Source: an uncultured Bacilli bacterium (GTDB lineage Bacteria; Bacillota_I; Bacilli_A; RF39; UBA660). Taken from it: 49,490 nucleotides of DNA. A program made the translations under genes and the position numbers. Shown here piece after piece: positions 1 through 9,052 of the stretch; the stretch's first letter is position 1, and every line of letters starts with the position of its first letter. The notes under the pieces were generated by a model. The model was not told the DNA's origin. It saw only the letters and a list, made by a program, of their open reading frames with translations, and did no database searches. The stretch spans positions 1-49,490 of the forward strand of contig CALVOO010000002.1 of assembly GCA_944350305.1 (NCBI GenBank). Direction: 5' to 3'.

Positions 1-6
1 AATTAA

Positions 7-15
7 TGGTATAAT
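7..15 (+). promoter_or_regulatory. extended -10 promoter element TGgTATAAT (a -35 would lie off-window)
   Basis: TG at 7-8 and TATAAT at 10-15, about 20 nt upstream of GGAGG (33-37). The position fits transcription of the ORFs starting at 45 and 86. Confidence 0.35.
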
Positions 16-85
16 ATATTTATAAGTAATTTGGAGGTTATTATATGGATAAGGATTATAATATATTTATAAAAAAATTGAAAAA

Positions 86-370
86 ATGATGGGATATATA
101 AAAAAAGAGCATGATATAATAATGAAAAATTATAATAAAAGAAATATTATGAAAAAATCTTATCCTATACGCGTCACGAAACTTGCAAGTAAAGAGCAAA
201 AACAATATGTTAATAAATTTTTAAAATCTTTTTTTGAATCGAGTTTAAAAGTCATGTCTCCTTTAATAGAAAAAGGATTTGTTATGTGGGCGGAGACTGA
301 CAAACAAACAGATTTGAAAGATATATTAAAAAACAAAGAACAAGCAGAAAATCTCATTTATGAAAGTTGA
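86..370 (+). CDS. hypothetical protein, 94 aa, no recognisable motif
   Basis: From the ORF track. K/E-rich, no TM segment and no SD of its own. Its ATG overlaps (ATGA) the stop of a 14-codon ORF (45-89) that has a strong SD. Alternative in-frame ATGs at 89, 122 and 149. Confidence 0.4.
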   Translation: MMGYIKKEHDIIMKNYNKRNIMKKSYPIRVTKLASKEQKQYVNKFLKSFFESSLKVMSPLIEKGFVMWAETDKQTDLKDILKNKEQAENLIYES

Positions 371-620
371 GAAAAATTATTTATTTATAAAAAATTAAGT
401 AATCCCATATTACGTGAAACTATATTAATAAACCTAATTGTGTAAAAGACTTTACATAAACAATAAAAATCATTCAAAAAAGTAAAAAAAATAAAAATTT
501 AAAATCATAAAAAGATAATTAATCCATTAATATCCGGACAATAAAAGTAAGAAAATATAAAATCACTTGCTTTTGTAAAAACTTTACAATAAAACAAAAT
601 AAAATCCAAAAAATCGGATA

Positions 621-917
621 TTATTTTGCTTTTTTTAAGTCATCAACTATTGTTTCTATAACTGGCGTATCGTAAAATTTATCAATAGAAACATTTAAAA
701 CTTTACTAATTTTATATAAATTATAAGTACTAATTCCTTGAGTTGTATTATTGCTTTCTAATAATCCAATCAATGGTGTAGAAACGCCAATAAGTTTGGC
801 TAGTTTTGCTTGAGTCATTTTTTCGCTATTATTAATATTATATAATTCTCTATAGAATTTAATATTTCTTCCAATTATTTGATTTAGCCTATCTTGTTCA
901 TTTAATATTTTATTCAT
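621..917 (-). CDS. XRE-family helix-turn-helix transcriptional regulator (98 aa)
   Basis: HTH_3-type motif: MTQAKLAKLIGVSTPLIGLLESN preceded by IGRNIKFYRE. ATG at 917 with GGAGG 7 nt upstream (complement of 925-929). The track start at 920 is a TTG one codon earlier. Confidence 0.8.
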   Translation of the reverse strand: MNKILNEQDRLNQIIGRNIKFYRELYNINNSEKMTQAKLAKLIGVSTPLIGLLESNNTTQGISTYNLYKISKVLNVSIDKFYDTPVIETIVDDLKKAK

Positions 918-962
918 CAATATTCCTCCGCCAAAAATAGAATGCTAAAATAAACCTCGTTT

Positions 963-995
963 GTTATTGACAATAACAATAATACGGCGTATAAT
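963..995 (+). promoter_or_regulatory. perfect consensus sigma-A promoter overlapped by a palindromic operator
   Basis: TTGACA (967-972), a 17-nt spacer, then TATAAT (990-995). The perfect palindrome GTTATTG-A-CAATAAC (963-977) is centred on the -35. It faces away from the XRE gene, 46 nt from that gene's start codon. Confidence 0.6.
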
Positions 996-1003
996 TAAAT
1001 TGT

Positions 1004-1122
1004 TAGTAAAAATAACATTTTTAGGCATTTTTACTACACGGAAAGAGTGAATTAGCATTCGTTGTAAATTAAGATTAAAAAAACCCTTACATATTTATTA
1101 ATCTTTATTTGTTCACTCTTTC
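1004..1122 (+). ncRNA. candidate structured untranslated RNA or long leader downstream of the consensus promoter
   Basis: Two perfect inverted repeats. TAGTAAAAAT (1004-1013) pairs with ATTTTTACTA (1027-1036). GAAAGAGTGAA (1041-1051) pairs with TTCACTCTTTC (1112-1122), enclosing a further imperfect hairpin. No SD-preceded ORF between 996 and 1297 on either strand. Confidence 0.3.
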
Positions 1123-1251
1123 TATTATGATTATAACATATAATACTAAAAATATATACTTAAAATTATAAATATTTTATAAAATTTATAAATATTATGC
1201 GAATCATAATATTTTTTATTTGTAAAAAAACAAAGAAATGTTCGCTATTTT

Positions 1252-1280
1252 TTGACAAATATTTTTTATTATGTTACAAT
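1252..1280 (+). promoter_or_regulatory. proximal promoter of rplI-dnaB
   Basis: TTGACA (1252-1257), a 17-nt spacer, then TACAAT (1275-1280) with TG at 1272-1273 (extended -10). It lies 18 nt upstream of the rplI ATG region. Confidence 0.55.
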
Positions 1281-1297
1281 TATCAGACGGAGGATTT

Positions 1298-1741
1298 ATG
1301 AAAATAATACTCATTAAAGATGTAAAAAAAACAGGCAAAAAAGACGATATACTTGAAGTTAAGGATGGCTATGGAAAGTATCTAGTTACTAATAATTTAG
1401 CTGTTTTATATACATCAAAAAGTCAAGATATTTTAAAAAAAGAGCAAAATGCTAAACAGGAACAAGAAAATAATGAAATAAAATTAGCCAATGAGATTAA
1501 GAAAAAAATAGAAAATACTAAGTGTAAAATCAAGGTTAAAACAGGCAAACAAGACAAGGTTTTTGGTAGCATAAGTAGTAAGCAAATTAGCGAAAACTTG
1601 AAAAATCAAAATATCAATATTGACAAGAAAAAAATAAAAATAACAAACGAAATAAATACTTTAGGGACACATAACGTAGAAATTTTATTACACAAAAAAG
1701 TAAAAGCAATTCTACAAGTTATTTTAGAAGGTGAAAGATAA
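1298..1741 (+). CDS. rplI: 50S ribosomal protein L9
   Basis: MKIILIKDVKKTGKKDDILEVKDGYGKYL is a typical L9 N-terminus. SD GGAGGA lies upstream of the ATG at 1298. The track start at 1271 falls inside the promoter. Confidence 0.9.
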   Translation: MKIILIKDVKKTGKKDDILEVKDGYGKYLVTNNLAVLYTSKSQDILKKEQNAKQEQENNEIKLANEIKKKIENTKCKIKVKTGKQDKVFGSISSKQISENLKNQNINIDKKKIKITNEINTLGTHNVEILLHKKVKAILQVILEGER

Positions 1742-3081
1742 TGGCTAGGAGCGAACCAAATAATATTGAAGCTGAAATGAATACACTTGGTTGCGCGTTT
1801 TTAAGCAAATCATCTTTAGATAAAGTAGTTGAAGAGCTAAATAGTGAAATGTTTTATTCAGAAAAAAATAAAGCAATATTTTTAACATTAGAGCATTTAC
1901 ATAAGAATGATATTGCCGTAGATGTAACAACCGTCTCAAATGAACTTGAGAAAAACAAGCAATTAGGAAATATAGGTGGAATTGAGTATCTAACAGAAGT
2001 TATAAATAGTGTAGCAACAACGGCGAACTTAGACTATTATATAAATATAATATACACGAAATACATATTAAGGCTATTAATTGCAAAATCTACTAACATA
2101 ATAGATGAATGTTATAATGAACAAAAAGAACTAACAGAAATAGTGGAAACAGCAGAAAAACAAATATTAAGTATAAATAGTAGTCGTATAACAAAAGAAA
2201 TAAGAGGAATACAAGACATAATATCAAAAGCACAAGAAGATATAGAAATGTTAGCAAAAAACGGAAGCGATATTACTGGAATTCCAAGTGGATATTACGA
2301 TTTAGACAATAAAACAACAGGTTTCCATGAGAACGAGTTAATAATAATTGCTGGAAGACCTGGAATGGGAAAAAGTGCTATAGTATCGAATATAGCTACA
2401 AACATGGCAATTAATAGTAAAAAGACTGTAGCAATGTTCAATCTAGAAATGGGCGCTGAACAAATAGTAAATAGAATGTTTGCATCAGTTGGACAAATAG
2501 ATGCGCAAAAATTAAGAACTGGAAGGTTAGAACATAATGATTGGAAAAAATTAAATGAGGCAATAAGTGAATTGGCTGATACTAATATTTTTATTGATGA
2601 TACACCAGGTATAACAGTGAGCGAAATAAGAAGTAAATGTAGAAGATTAAAAAACAGCGAGGTGGGACTAGATATAATAATAATTGACTATCTACAACTA
2701 ATAAGTAGTTCAAATAAATATAGTGGTCAAAGAACTCAAGAGGTAAGTGAAATTTCGCGTGATTTAAAAAAATTGGCAATGGAATTAAATGTACCGGTTA
2801 TCGCATTAGCACAATTATCAAGAAGTGTTGAAATGCGTGAAAATAAAAGACCAATAATGAGCGACTTAAAAGAAAGTGGTTCAATAGAGCAAGATGCTGA
2901 TATAGTGATGTTTTTATATTGTGACGACTATTACAATTTTAAGTCAAAAGACAGACCAAATTTATCACCTATTGAATTAATCATAGCTAAACACAGAAGT
3001 GGATCTACCGGAACAGTTGACTTAATGTTTGAAAGAAATACACTAAGTTTTAAAAATTATAAAAAGAGTGAGGAAGAGTAA
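1741..3081 (+). CDS. dnaB: replicative DNA helicase (DnaB family)
   Basis: 446 aa. Walker A GRPGMGKSA, Walker B IIIDYLQLI, and a DnaB N-terminal domain (NIEAEMNTLGCAF). Start overlaps the rplI stop. Confidence 0.95.
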   Translation: MARSEPNNIEAEMNTLGCAFLSKSSLDKVVEELNSEMFYSEKNKAIFLTLEHLHKNDIAVDVTTVSNELEKNKQLGNIGGIEYLTEVINSVATTANLDYYINIIYTKYILRLLIAKSTNIIDECYNEQKELTEIVETAEKQILSINSSRITKEIRGIQDIISKAQEDIEMLAKNGSDITGIPSGYYDLDNKTTGFHENELIIIAGRPGMGKSAIVSNIATNMAINSKKTVAMFNLEMGAEQIVNRMFASVGQIDAQKLRTGRLEHNDWKKLNEAISELADTNIFIDDTPGITVSEIRSKCRRLKNSEVGLDIIIIDYLQLISSSNKYSGQRTQEVSEISRDLKKLAMELNVPVIALAQLSRSVEMRENKRPIMSDLKESGSIEQDADIVMFLYCDDYYNFKSKDRPNLSPIELIIAKHRSGSTGTVDLMFERNTLSFKNYKKSEEE

Positions 3082-4547
3082 TGACTAAAAGAGGTAAATG
3101 TTTAGGATTAATATTTACAATATTAATGTCTGGACTAATATTTATATTAGGATTTGATAGAGAAACATTTGAAAATTACCCAATAGAAGTATACCAAGTA
3201 TATTTAAATGGCAAAATAATTGGAGTAATAGAAGACAAAGAAAAATTGTATAATTTAATTGATAACGAGCAACAATTATTAAAAAAAGAATATGAAGTTG
3301 AAAGTATTTATCCACCAGAAGGATTAGAATTAGTAAGCGTTAGTACATATAATACATCAATCAATACAGTAGAAGAAATATACGATAAGATAAAGGATAT
3401 GGATAATTTTACAATAGAAGGATATGAAATTACTATAAAAACAGATGAAGAAAGTGATTCATTTTACATACTTCATGAAGAAGATTTAAACGCGGCAATT
3501 GACAACACAATCAAGGCATTTATCGATGAAGAAACATTAGAGGCTTATAGAAACAATAGTCAGCCAGAAGTGGTGGATGAAGGAGAAACAATTAAAGACA
3601 TTTATATTAAAGAAGACATAACTATAAAAGAAACATACATACCTTCAGATGAATACATTTTTACAAATTCTAACGATTTAACGAGATATTTATTATTTGG
3701 AACGATGGAAAATCAAAAGACGTATACAGTAATGCCTGGAGATACAGTTACAGATATTTCAAATAAAAACAGTTTAAACCCTATAGAATTTTTGATAGCT
3801 AACCCAGATATAGTTAGTGAATATCAATTATTATTCCCTGGGACAGAAGTAAATATAGGACTTATTAATCCAAAAATAAGTGTTGCAGTAGAAAGAATAG
3901 TAACAAATATACAAGAATTACCTTATGATACTTCAATTGAGTACGACGAAAAAATGACAGTAGGGACAACATATACAAAACAACAAGGAATAAATGGGGA
4001 AAACAAGGCGACTTTCCAAATTGAAACAGTAAATGGAGAAGATTTAAGCGCAGTTAGAATTAGTTCAGAAACTATAAAACCAGCGGTTGATGCAATTATA
4101 GTTAAAGGTGGATTAAGTATAAATTATGCTGGAGATCCAGAATATTGGGCATGGCCGACTATTCAACCTTATGTTATTACATCACGAGTAGGATGGCGTT
4201 GGGGAAGTTACCATAACGGTGTAGACATAGCTGGTACTGGACATGGTTCACCAATTTATTCAATCCAAAGTGGGGCTGTAATATCAATGGGTTATAATAG
4301 TACTATGGGTAACTATGTATATATAGACCATCAAAACGGTTATATATCAGTATATATGCATTTAGCATTTCATCAAGCGGGACTTAAAAAGGGTTCGACT
4401 GTACTAAAAGGTCAACAGATAGGCGGAATGGGAACAACTGGTAGAAGTACTGGAACACACTTACACTTGAGTGTATGGGTAGGTGGATATCCATATAGTT
4501 CCGGAGCAGAATTTATAAATCCGTTAGACCTATATAATATGGAATAA
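3081..4547 (+). CDS. membrane-anchored LysM + G5 + M23 peptidase (peptidoglycan endopeptidase)
   Basis: N-terminal TM segment. LysM-like YTVMPGDTVTDISNKN. G5-like segment (YDTSIEYDEKMTVGTTYTKQQGINGE...AIIVKG). M23 motifs HNGVDIAG and HLHLSV. Confidence 0.8.
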   Translation: MTKRGKCLGLIFTILMSGLIFILGFDRETFENYPIEVYQVYLNGKIIGVIEDKEKLYNLIDNEQQLLKKEYEVESIYPPEGLELVSVSTYNTSINTVEEIYDKIKDMDNFTIEGYEITIKTDEESDSFYILHEEDLNAAIDNTIKAFIDEETLEAYRNNSQPEVVDEGETIKDIYIKEDITIKETYIPSDEYIFTNSNDLTRYLLFGTMENQKTYTVMPGDTVTDISNKNSLNPIEFLIANPDIVSEYQLLFPGTEVNIGLINPKISVAVERIVTNIQELPYDTSIEYDEKMTVGTTYTKQQGINGENKATFQIETVNGEDLSAVRISSETIKPAVDAIIVKGGLSINYAGDPEYWAWPTIQPYVITSRVGWRWGSYHNGVDIAGTGHGSPIYSIQSGAVISMGYNSTMGNYVYIDHQNGYISVYMHLAFHQAGLKKGSTVLKGQQIGGMGTTGRSTGTHLHLSVWVGGYPYSSGAEFINPLDLYNME

Positions 4548-5305
4548 TGAAAATAAGTATTATAGGAAGTGGATCAAAAGGAAACTCAACATTAATAGAA
4601 ATTAATAATAAGAAAATATTAATAGATGTTGGGTTTTCTTATAAATACATAAAAGAAAAATTAGAAGAAATTAAAATTGATCCAAAAGAAATAGATTATT
4701 TACTACTAACCCATGAACACACCGATCATATATATGGCTTAAACGTATTTTTAAAAAGAGTAAAACCACTACTTTTAGTAAAAGAAAAACTTTACAACAC
4801 ATTATATGAAGAACATGAATACAACAAGGTACAATTTCTTGAAGAAGAGCAAGATATAGATGGAATTAAAATAACAATTTTACAACTTTCTCATGATGCA
4901 GTTGATCCAGTAGGATTTTTAATGGAAAGTAACGAAGAATCAATAGTATACATAGCCGACACTGGGTATATAAATCACAAATTATTACCAAAAATAAAGA
5001 ATAAAACATACTATCTAATTGAAAGCAACCATGACACAGAATTACTAATAAATGGACCATATCCACCACATTTACAAAGAAGAATACTTAGTGATAAGGG
5101 ACACTTATCAAACGAATTTTGTGGTACTTATTTGTCAAAAATTATAGGAGAAAATACAAAAAAAGTAATATTAATACATTTAAGTGAAACTAACAACGAC
5201 CCAAAAATAGCATTAGAGACAACAATGAAAATATTAAAAGAAAATGAAATAACTTTTAATAACATAGAATGTGCCAATCAACGTGAAATGGTGATAATAA
5301 AATGA
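4547..5305 (+). CDS. MBL-fold metallo-hydrolase (YycJ/WalJ-like)
   Basis: HEHTDH metal-binding motif, about 250 aa, positioned next to rlmH as in Bacillus. Confidence 0.75.
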   Translation: MKISIIGSGSKGNSTLIEINNKKILIDVGFSYKYIKEKLEEIKIDPKEIDYLLLTHEHTDHIYGLNVFLKRVKPLLLVKEKLYNTLYEEHEYNKVQFLEEEQDIDGIKITILQLSHDAVDPVGFLMESNEESIVYIADTGYINHKLLPKIKNKTYYLIESNHDTELLINGPYPPHLQRRILSDKGHLSNEFCGTYLSKIIGENTKKVILIHLSETNNDPKIALETTMKILKENEITFNNIECANQREMVIIK

Positions 5306-5739
5306 TAACAATTATTTGTATAGGAAAACTTAAAGAAGAATATTTAATTAAAATGTGCAATGATTACAAAAAAAGGATAAACAAGTATCATAAATTAGAA
5401 ATAGTTGAATTAAAAGATAGTAACATATTAGAAGAAGAAAATTTAGTATTGAAACACATAAAAAAATATGATTATAAAATAGTACTTGATATAAAAGGAA
5501 AAGAATTAGACACAATGAGTTTTAAAGAAAAAATAGAAAACCAATTTAAAAATGGAAAATCAACGATATGTTTAATTATTGGAGGTTCTGAAGGGCTTTC
5601 AAATAATGTAAAAAAAGAGGCAAATGAAATCATCTCATTTTCCAAGTTTACTTTTCCACATGGATTATTTCGAGGAATACTTTTAGAACAAATTTATAGA
5701 ATAATGAAAATAATGAACAATGAAAAATATCACAAATGA
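5302..5739 (+). CDS. rlmH: 23S rRNA (pseudouridine1915-N3)-methyltransferase RlmH
   Basis: SPOUT/RlmH pattern: CIGKLKEEY, IIGGSEGLS, and a C-terminal FPHGLFRGILLEQIYR. Confidence 0.85.
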   Translation: MITIICIGKLKEEYLIKMCNDYKKRINKYHKLEIVELKDSNILEEENLVLKHIKKYDYKIVLDIKGKELDTMSFKEKIENQFKNGKSTICLIIGGSEGLSNNVKKEANEIISFSKFTFPHGLFRGILLEQIYRIMKIMNNEKYHK

Positions 5740-5746
5740 AAGCAAT

Positions 5747-5773
5747 AAAAAAGAGAAGGCAATCTCTTTTTTT
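5747..5773. terminator. bidirectional rho-independent terminator between rlmH and murE
   Basis: AAAAAAGAGA (5747-5756), loop AGGCAA, then TCTCTTTTTT (5763-5772). A/T runs on both sides, between convergent genes. Confidence 0.6.
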
Positions 5774-5801
5774 ATTTAATACTAAAATCAAGATAATTTC
5801 A

Positions 5802-7190
5802 TTATGGGTGTACGTTATTTTTTAATTTATAATCTATATAATTTTTAGCAATTTCCTTATCACTCAAGTGTATTTTTTCATGTCCAACAATTTGGTAGTC
5901 CTCATGACCTTTACCAAGAATAAGTAAAATATCATTTTCTTTAAGCATATCTATTCCATATTTAATGGCATCTTTCCTATCTATAATTTCAATATATTTA
6001 TTATTTGAAATACCCTTTATCATATCATTTAATATATCCTGCGGATTTTCGGTTCTTGGATTATCACTTGTAAATATAGAAAAATCAGATAATTGAGTAG
6101 CGATCCTAGCCATTTCTGGCCTTTTAGTTTTATCCCTATCACCTCCACAACCAATCAAGGTAATAATTTTCCCTTTAGCAAATTCCTTGGTAGCAGTTAT
6201 GATATTAAATTCTGCATCAGGAGTATGTGCATAATCGATAATAACAGTATTGCCTTTATAGTAATATTTTTCCATTCTACCGCTTGGTGCTTTAAGATCT
6301 GAAATGATCTTTAAAACACTAGTAACATCAAATTTTAATTCAAATAAAATTATTAGCATAGATAAAACATTATATACATTATGCTTACCGGACAAAGTTG
6401 AAACTACAGTATATTCCGAACTATTATGTTCGAATTTAAATTTAGTAAATTTGCTATTAGTTTCGAAATAAGTAACAGTATAATCACTATCACTAAAACC
6501 ATAAGTAATATTATTATTACCGTCGACAAACATCTTTTCTTTATAATTTGCATCATTATTAATAATAGCAATTTTATTATTTTTCAATTTTGTAAACAAA
6601 ATATGCTTTGCATCTGAATAAGCATCAAGAGTTTTATGATAATCCAGGTGATCTTTAGTCAAATTGGTAAACAAGGCCACATCGAAACTTATTCCGCATA
6701 ATCTATTCAAAGATAGTGCATGACTACTAACTTCCATAACAACAAATTCCACACCATTATCAATGCACTCATACAACAAATTATACATTTCTAAAACGTC
6801 AGGAGTTGTATTAGGGAGTTCTTTAACCATTTTTCCATTCAAATGAAATCCAATAGTTCCTATATAAGCAACTTTTCTATTTAAATTTAATAAGGCATTA
6901 TATAATAAATAGCAAGTAGTAGTTTTGCCATTGGTACCAGTTATGCCTATAATTTTTAGTTTTTCCAAATTTTTACTATAATTATCTTTTAAATATTCAG
7001 CTAAATATTTGGTGGTGTTTTTAACTCTTAGAGTTGGTACAGAATAATCGCCATGTTCACAAATAATTTTTACAGCTCCATTACTAATTGCGGATTCAAT
7101 AAAATCGTGGCCATCAACTGTATACCCCTTTATAGCTACAAAAGTATCACCTTTTACAACTTTTCTAGAGTCAGTTTTTATATTAATCAT
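5802..7190 (-). CDS. murE: UDP-N-acetylmuramoyl-L-alanyl-D-glutamate--2,6-diaminopimelate ligase
   Basis: Mur ligase P-loop GITGTNGKTTT. A C-terminal DNPR motif (SDNPRTENP), typical of meso-DAP-adding MurE. 462 aa. Confidence 0.9.
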   Translation of the reverse strand: MINIKTDSRKVVKGDTFVAIKGYTVDGHDFIESAISNGAVKIICEHGDYSVPTLRVKNTTKYLAEYLKDNYSKNLEKLKIIGITGTNGKTTTCYLLYNALLNLNRKVAYIGTIGFHLNGKMVKELPNTTPDVLEMYNLLYECIDNGVEFVVMEVSSHALSLNRLCGISFDVALFTNLTKDHLDYHKTLDAYSDAKHILFTKLKNNKIAIINNDANYKEKMFVDGNNNITYGFSDSDYTVTYFETNSKFTKFKFEHNSSEYTVVSTLSGKHNVYNVLSMLIILFELKFDVTSVLKIISDLKAPSGRMEKYYYKGNTVIIDYAHTPDAEFNIITATKEFAKGKIITLIGCGGDRDKTKRPEMARIATQLSDFSIFTSDNPRTENPQDILNDMIKGISNNKYIEIIDRKDAIKYGIDMLKENDILLILGKGHEDYQIVGHEKIHLSDKEIAKNYIDYKLKNNVHP

Positions 7191-7379
7191 TAATAATCCT
7201 ACAAACCTCCTTCCAATATAAATATATCAAATTTAAAATAAAAATATATACAAAAAATATATAGTGTACGATTTATTTACATAAAACAATACAATTTAAA
7301 GAAAATCAAGAATAAAATACTTCATTTTTTTTATAAAACATGATAATATTTATCGTGTATTTTAACAGAGGTGATCATT

Positions 7380-9014
7380 ATGAACGATAAAATAATATAT
7401 ATATTTGGACACAAAAATCCAGATACAGATTCAATAGTTGCATCAATTGCTTTATCACATTTAAAAAATAAGCTAGGAATAAATGCAATTGCGGCTACAC
7501 TTGGAGAACTAAATTCAGAAACTAAATATGCTCTAAATTATTTTAATATAAAAAACCCATACCATTTAAATGATGTTAAACTACAAATAAAAGATGTATC
7601 CTACCATAAAGGATACTATATAGACAAAAACAAGTCTATAAAAGAAGCTTTTGATTACATGAACAATTATTCATTAACTGGAATTCCTGTAGTTGAGAAC
7701 AAAAATAAATATTATGGTTATGTATCGTTAAAAGAATTATCACGAGAAATAATTAATGGTGATTATCACAAAATAGATACCAGTTACTCAAATTTATTAA
7801 ATATTTTAAATGGTAAAGAAATCTTAAAATATGAAAAGGAAATATCAGGTAAAGTACTTGTAGCAAGCTACGCAAAAGAAACCTTTATGAAAAAAATTAT
7901 TTTAGATAACTCTTACATATTAGTTGTAGGTGACAGAAGAGAAATTATAGAATATGCGATAGAGAGTAAAGTAAAACTAATTATAAATATTGCAGGAGTA
8001 GAATTAACAAAAGAAATATTAAACAAAGCCAAAAAAAATAAAGTCAATATCATATCAACACCATTAAATTCATATGAAGTTGGAAAAACAATCTCATTTT
8101 CAAATTACATTAAAAACATTATAAGAAAAGAAGAATCAATAACATTTAATGAACTTGATTATTTATCAGATTTTTTAGATGAAAGTAAAAAATTTAAACA
8201 CACAAATTATCCTATACTTAACAGTAAAAAAGAATGCTTAGGATTATTAACATTAACAGATTGTAACGAAGTACAAAAAAAGCAAGTAATATTAGTCGAT
8301 CATAACAATTCATCACAAAGTGTTGAAGGATTAGAAGAAGCAGAAATAATTGAAATAATTGATCATCATAACATAGGAAATATAAATACAAAAAAGCCAA
8401 TTAATTTCAGAAACGCAAGAGTAGGGAGTGTAAATACAATAATCTACGAATTATACAAAGAAAATAATGTAAAAATTCCTAAAGACATTGCAGGAATAAT
8501 GGCTTCAGCAATAATATCAGACACACTGTTATTAACATCACCGACTACAACAGCAAGAGATAAAATTGCATTAATAAATCTATCAAAAATATCAAAAATA
8601 AAATACAAAAAATACGGTATTGAGTTATTAAAAAGTGGTATGAGCATAAGCAGGCTTTCAAAAAAAGACATATTATATAAAGATTTCAAGTCGTACAAAA
8701 TAAACAAATGCATGATAGGAAATAGAAAAATATTTACTGCTGATATAGATATGATCAAAAACAAAAAAAATAACTTAATTAAATATCTTGATGAAGTAGC
8801 AACAAAAGAAAAATATAAAGTACTAACATTATTTGTTACCAACATATTTGAAAATACATCATATTGTCTATATAACACAACAAGTGAAGAAATAATAAAA
8901 AACAGTTTTAGTTTGGAAGAAATCTATGAGGGAATCGAATTAAAGGATATAGTATCAAGAAAGATACAAATTGCACCATACATAATGGACACAATAGAAA
9001 AAGAAAATTATTAA
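7380..9014 (+). CDS. ppaC: CBS-domain-containing family II (DHH) inorganic pyrophosphatase
   Basis: HKNPDTDS, VDHN and IDHHNIG (DHH) motifs, an inserted CBS/DRTGG-like region and a DHHA2-like C-terminus. About 544 aa from the ATG at 7380, which has SD AGAGGTGA. Confidence 0.8.
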   Translation: MNDKIIYIFGHKNPDTDSIVASIALSHLKNKLGINAIAATLGELNSETKYALNYFNIKNPYHLNDVKLQIKDVSYHKGYYIDKNKSIKEAFDYMNNYSLTGIPVVENKNKYYGYVSLKELSREIINGDYHKIDTSYSNLLNILNGKEILKYEKEISGKVLVASYAKETFMKKIILDNSYILVVGDRREIIEYAIESKVKLIINIAGVELTKEILNKAKKNKVNIISTPLNSYEVGKTISFSNYIKNIIRKEESITFNELDYLSDFLDESKKFKHTNYPILNSKKECLGLLTLTDCNEVQKKQVILVDHNNSSQSVEGLEEAEIIEIIDHHNIGNINTKKPINFRNARVGSVNTIIYELYKENNVKIPKDIAGIMASAIISDTLLLTSPTTTARDKIALINLSKISKIKYKKYGIELLKSGMSISRLSKKDILYKDFKSYKINKCMIGNRKIFTADIDMIKNKKNNLIKYLDEVATKEKYKVLTLFVTNIFENTSYCLYNTTSEEIIKNSFSLEEIYEGIELKDIVSRKIQIAPYIMDTIEKENY

Positions 9015-9052
9015 TAAAACATAATTAGAAACAATTTAACATATAATTTAAT

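Noticed and set aside
1271-1297. An upstream start for rplI (MLQLSDGGF...).
   Set aside because: The ATG at 1271 lies inside the predicted promoter spacer, just upstream of the -10. L9 homology and the SD support the ATG at 1298.
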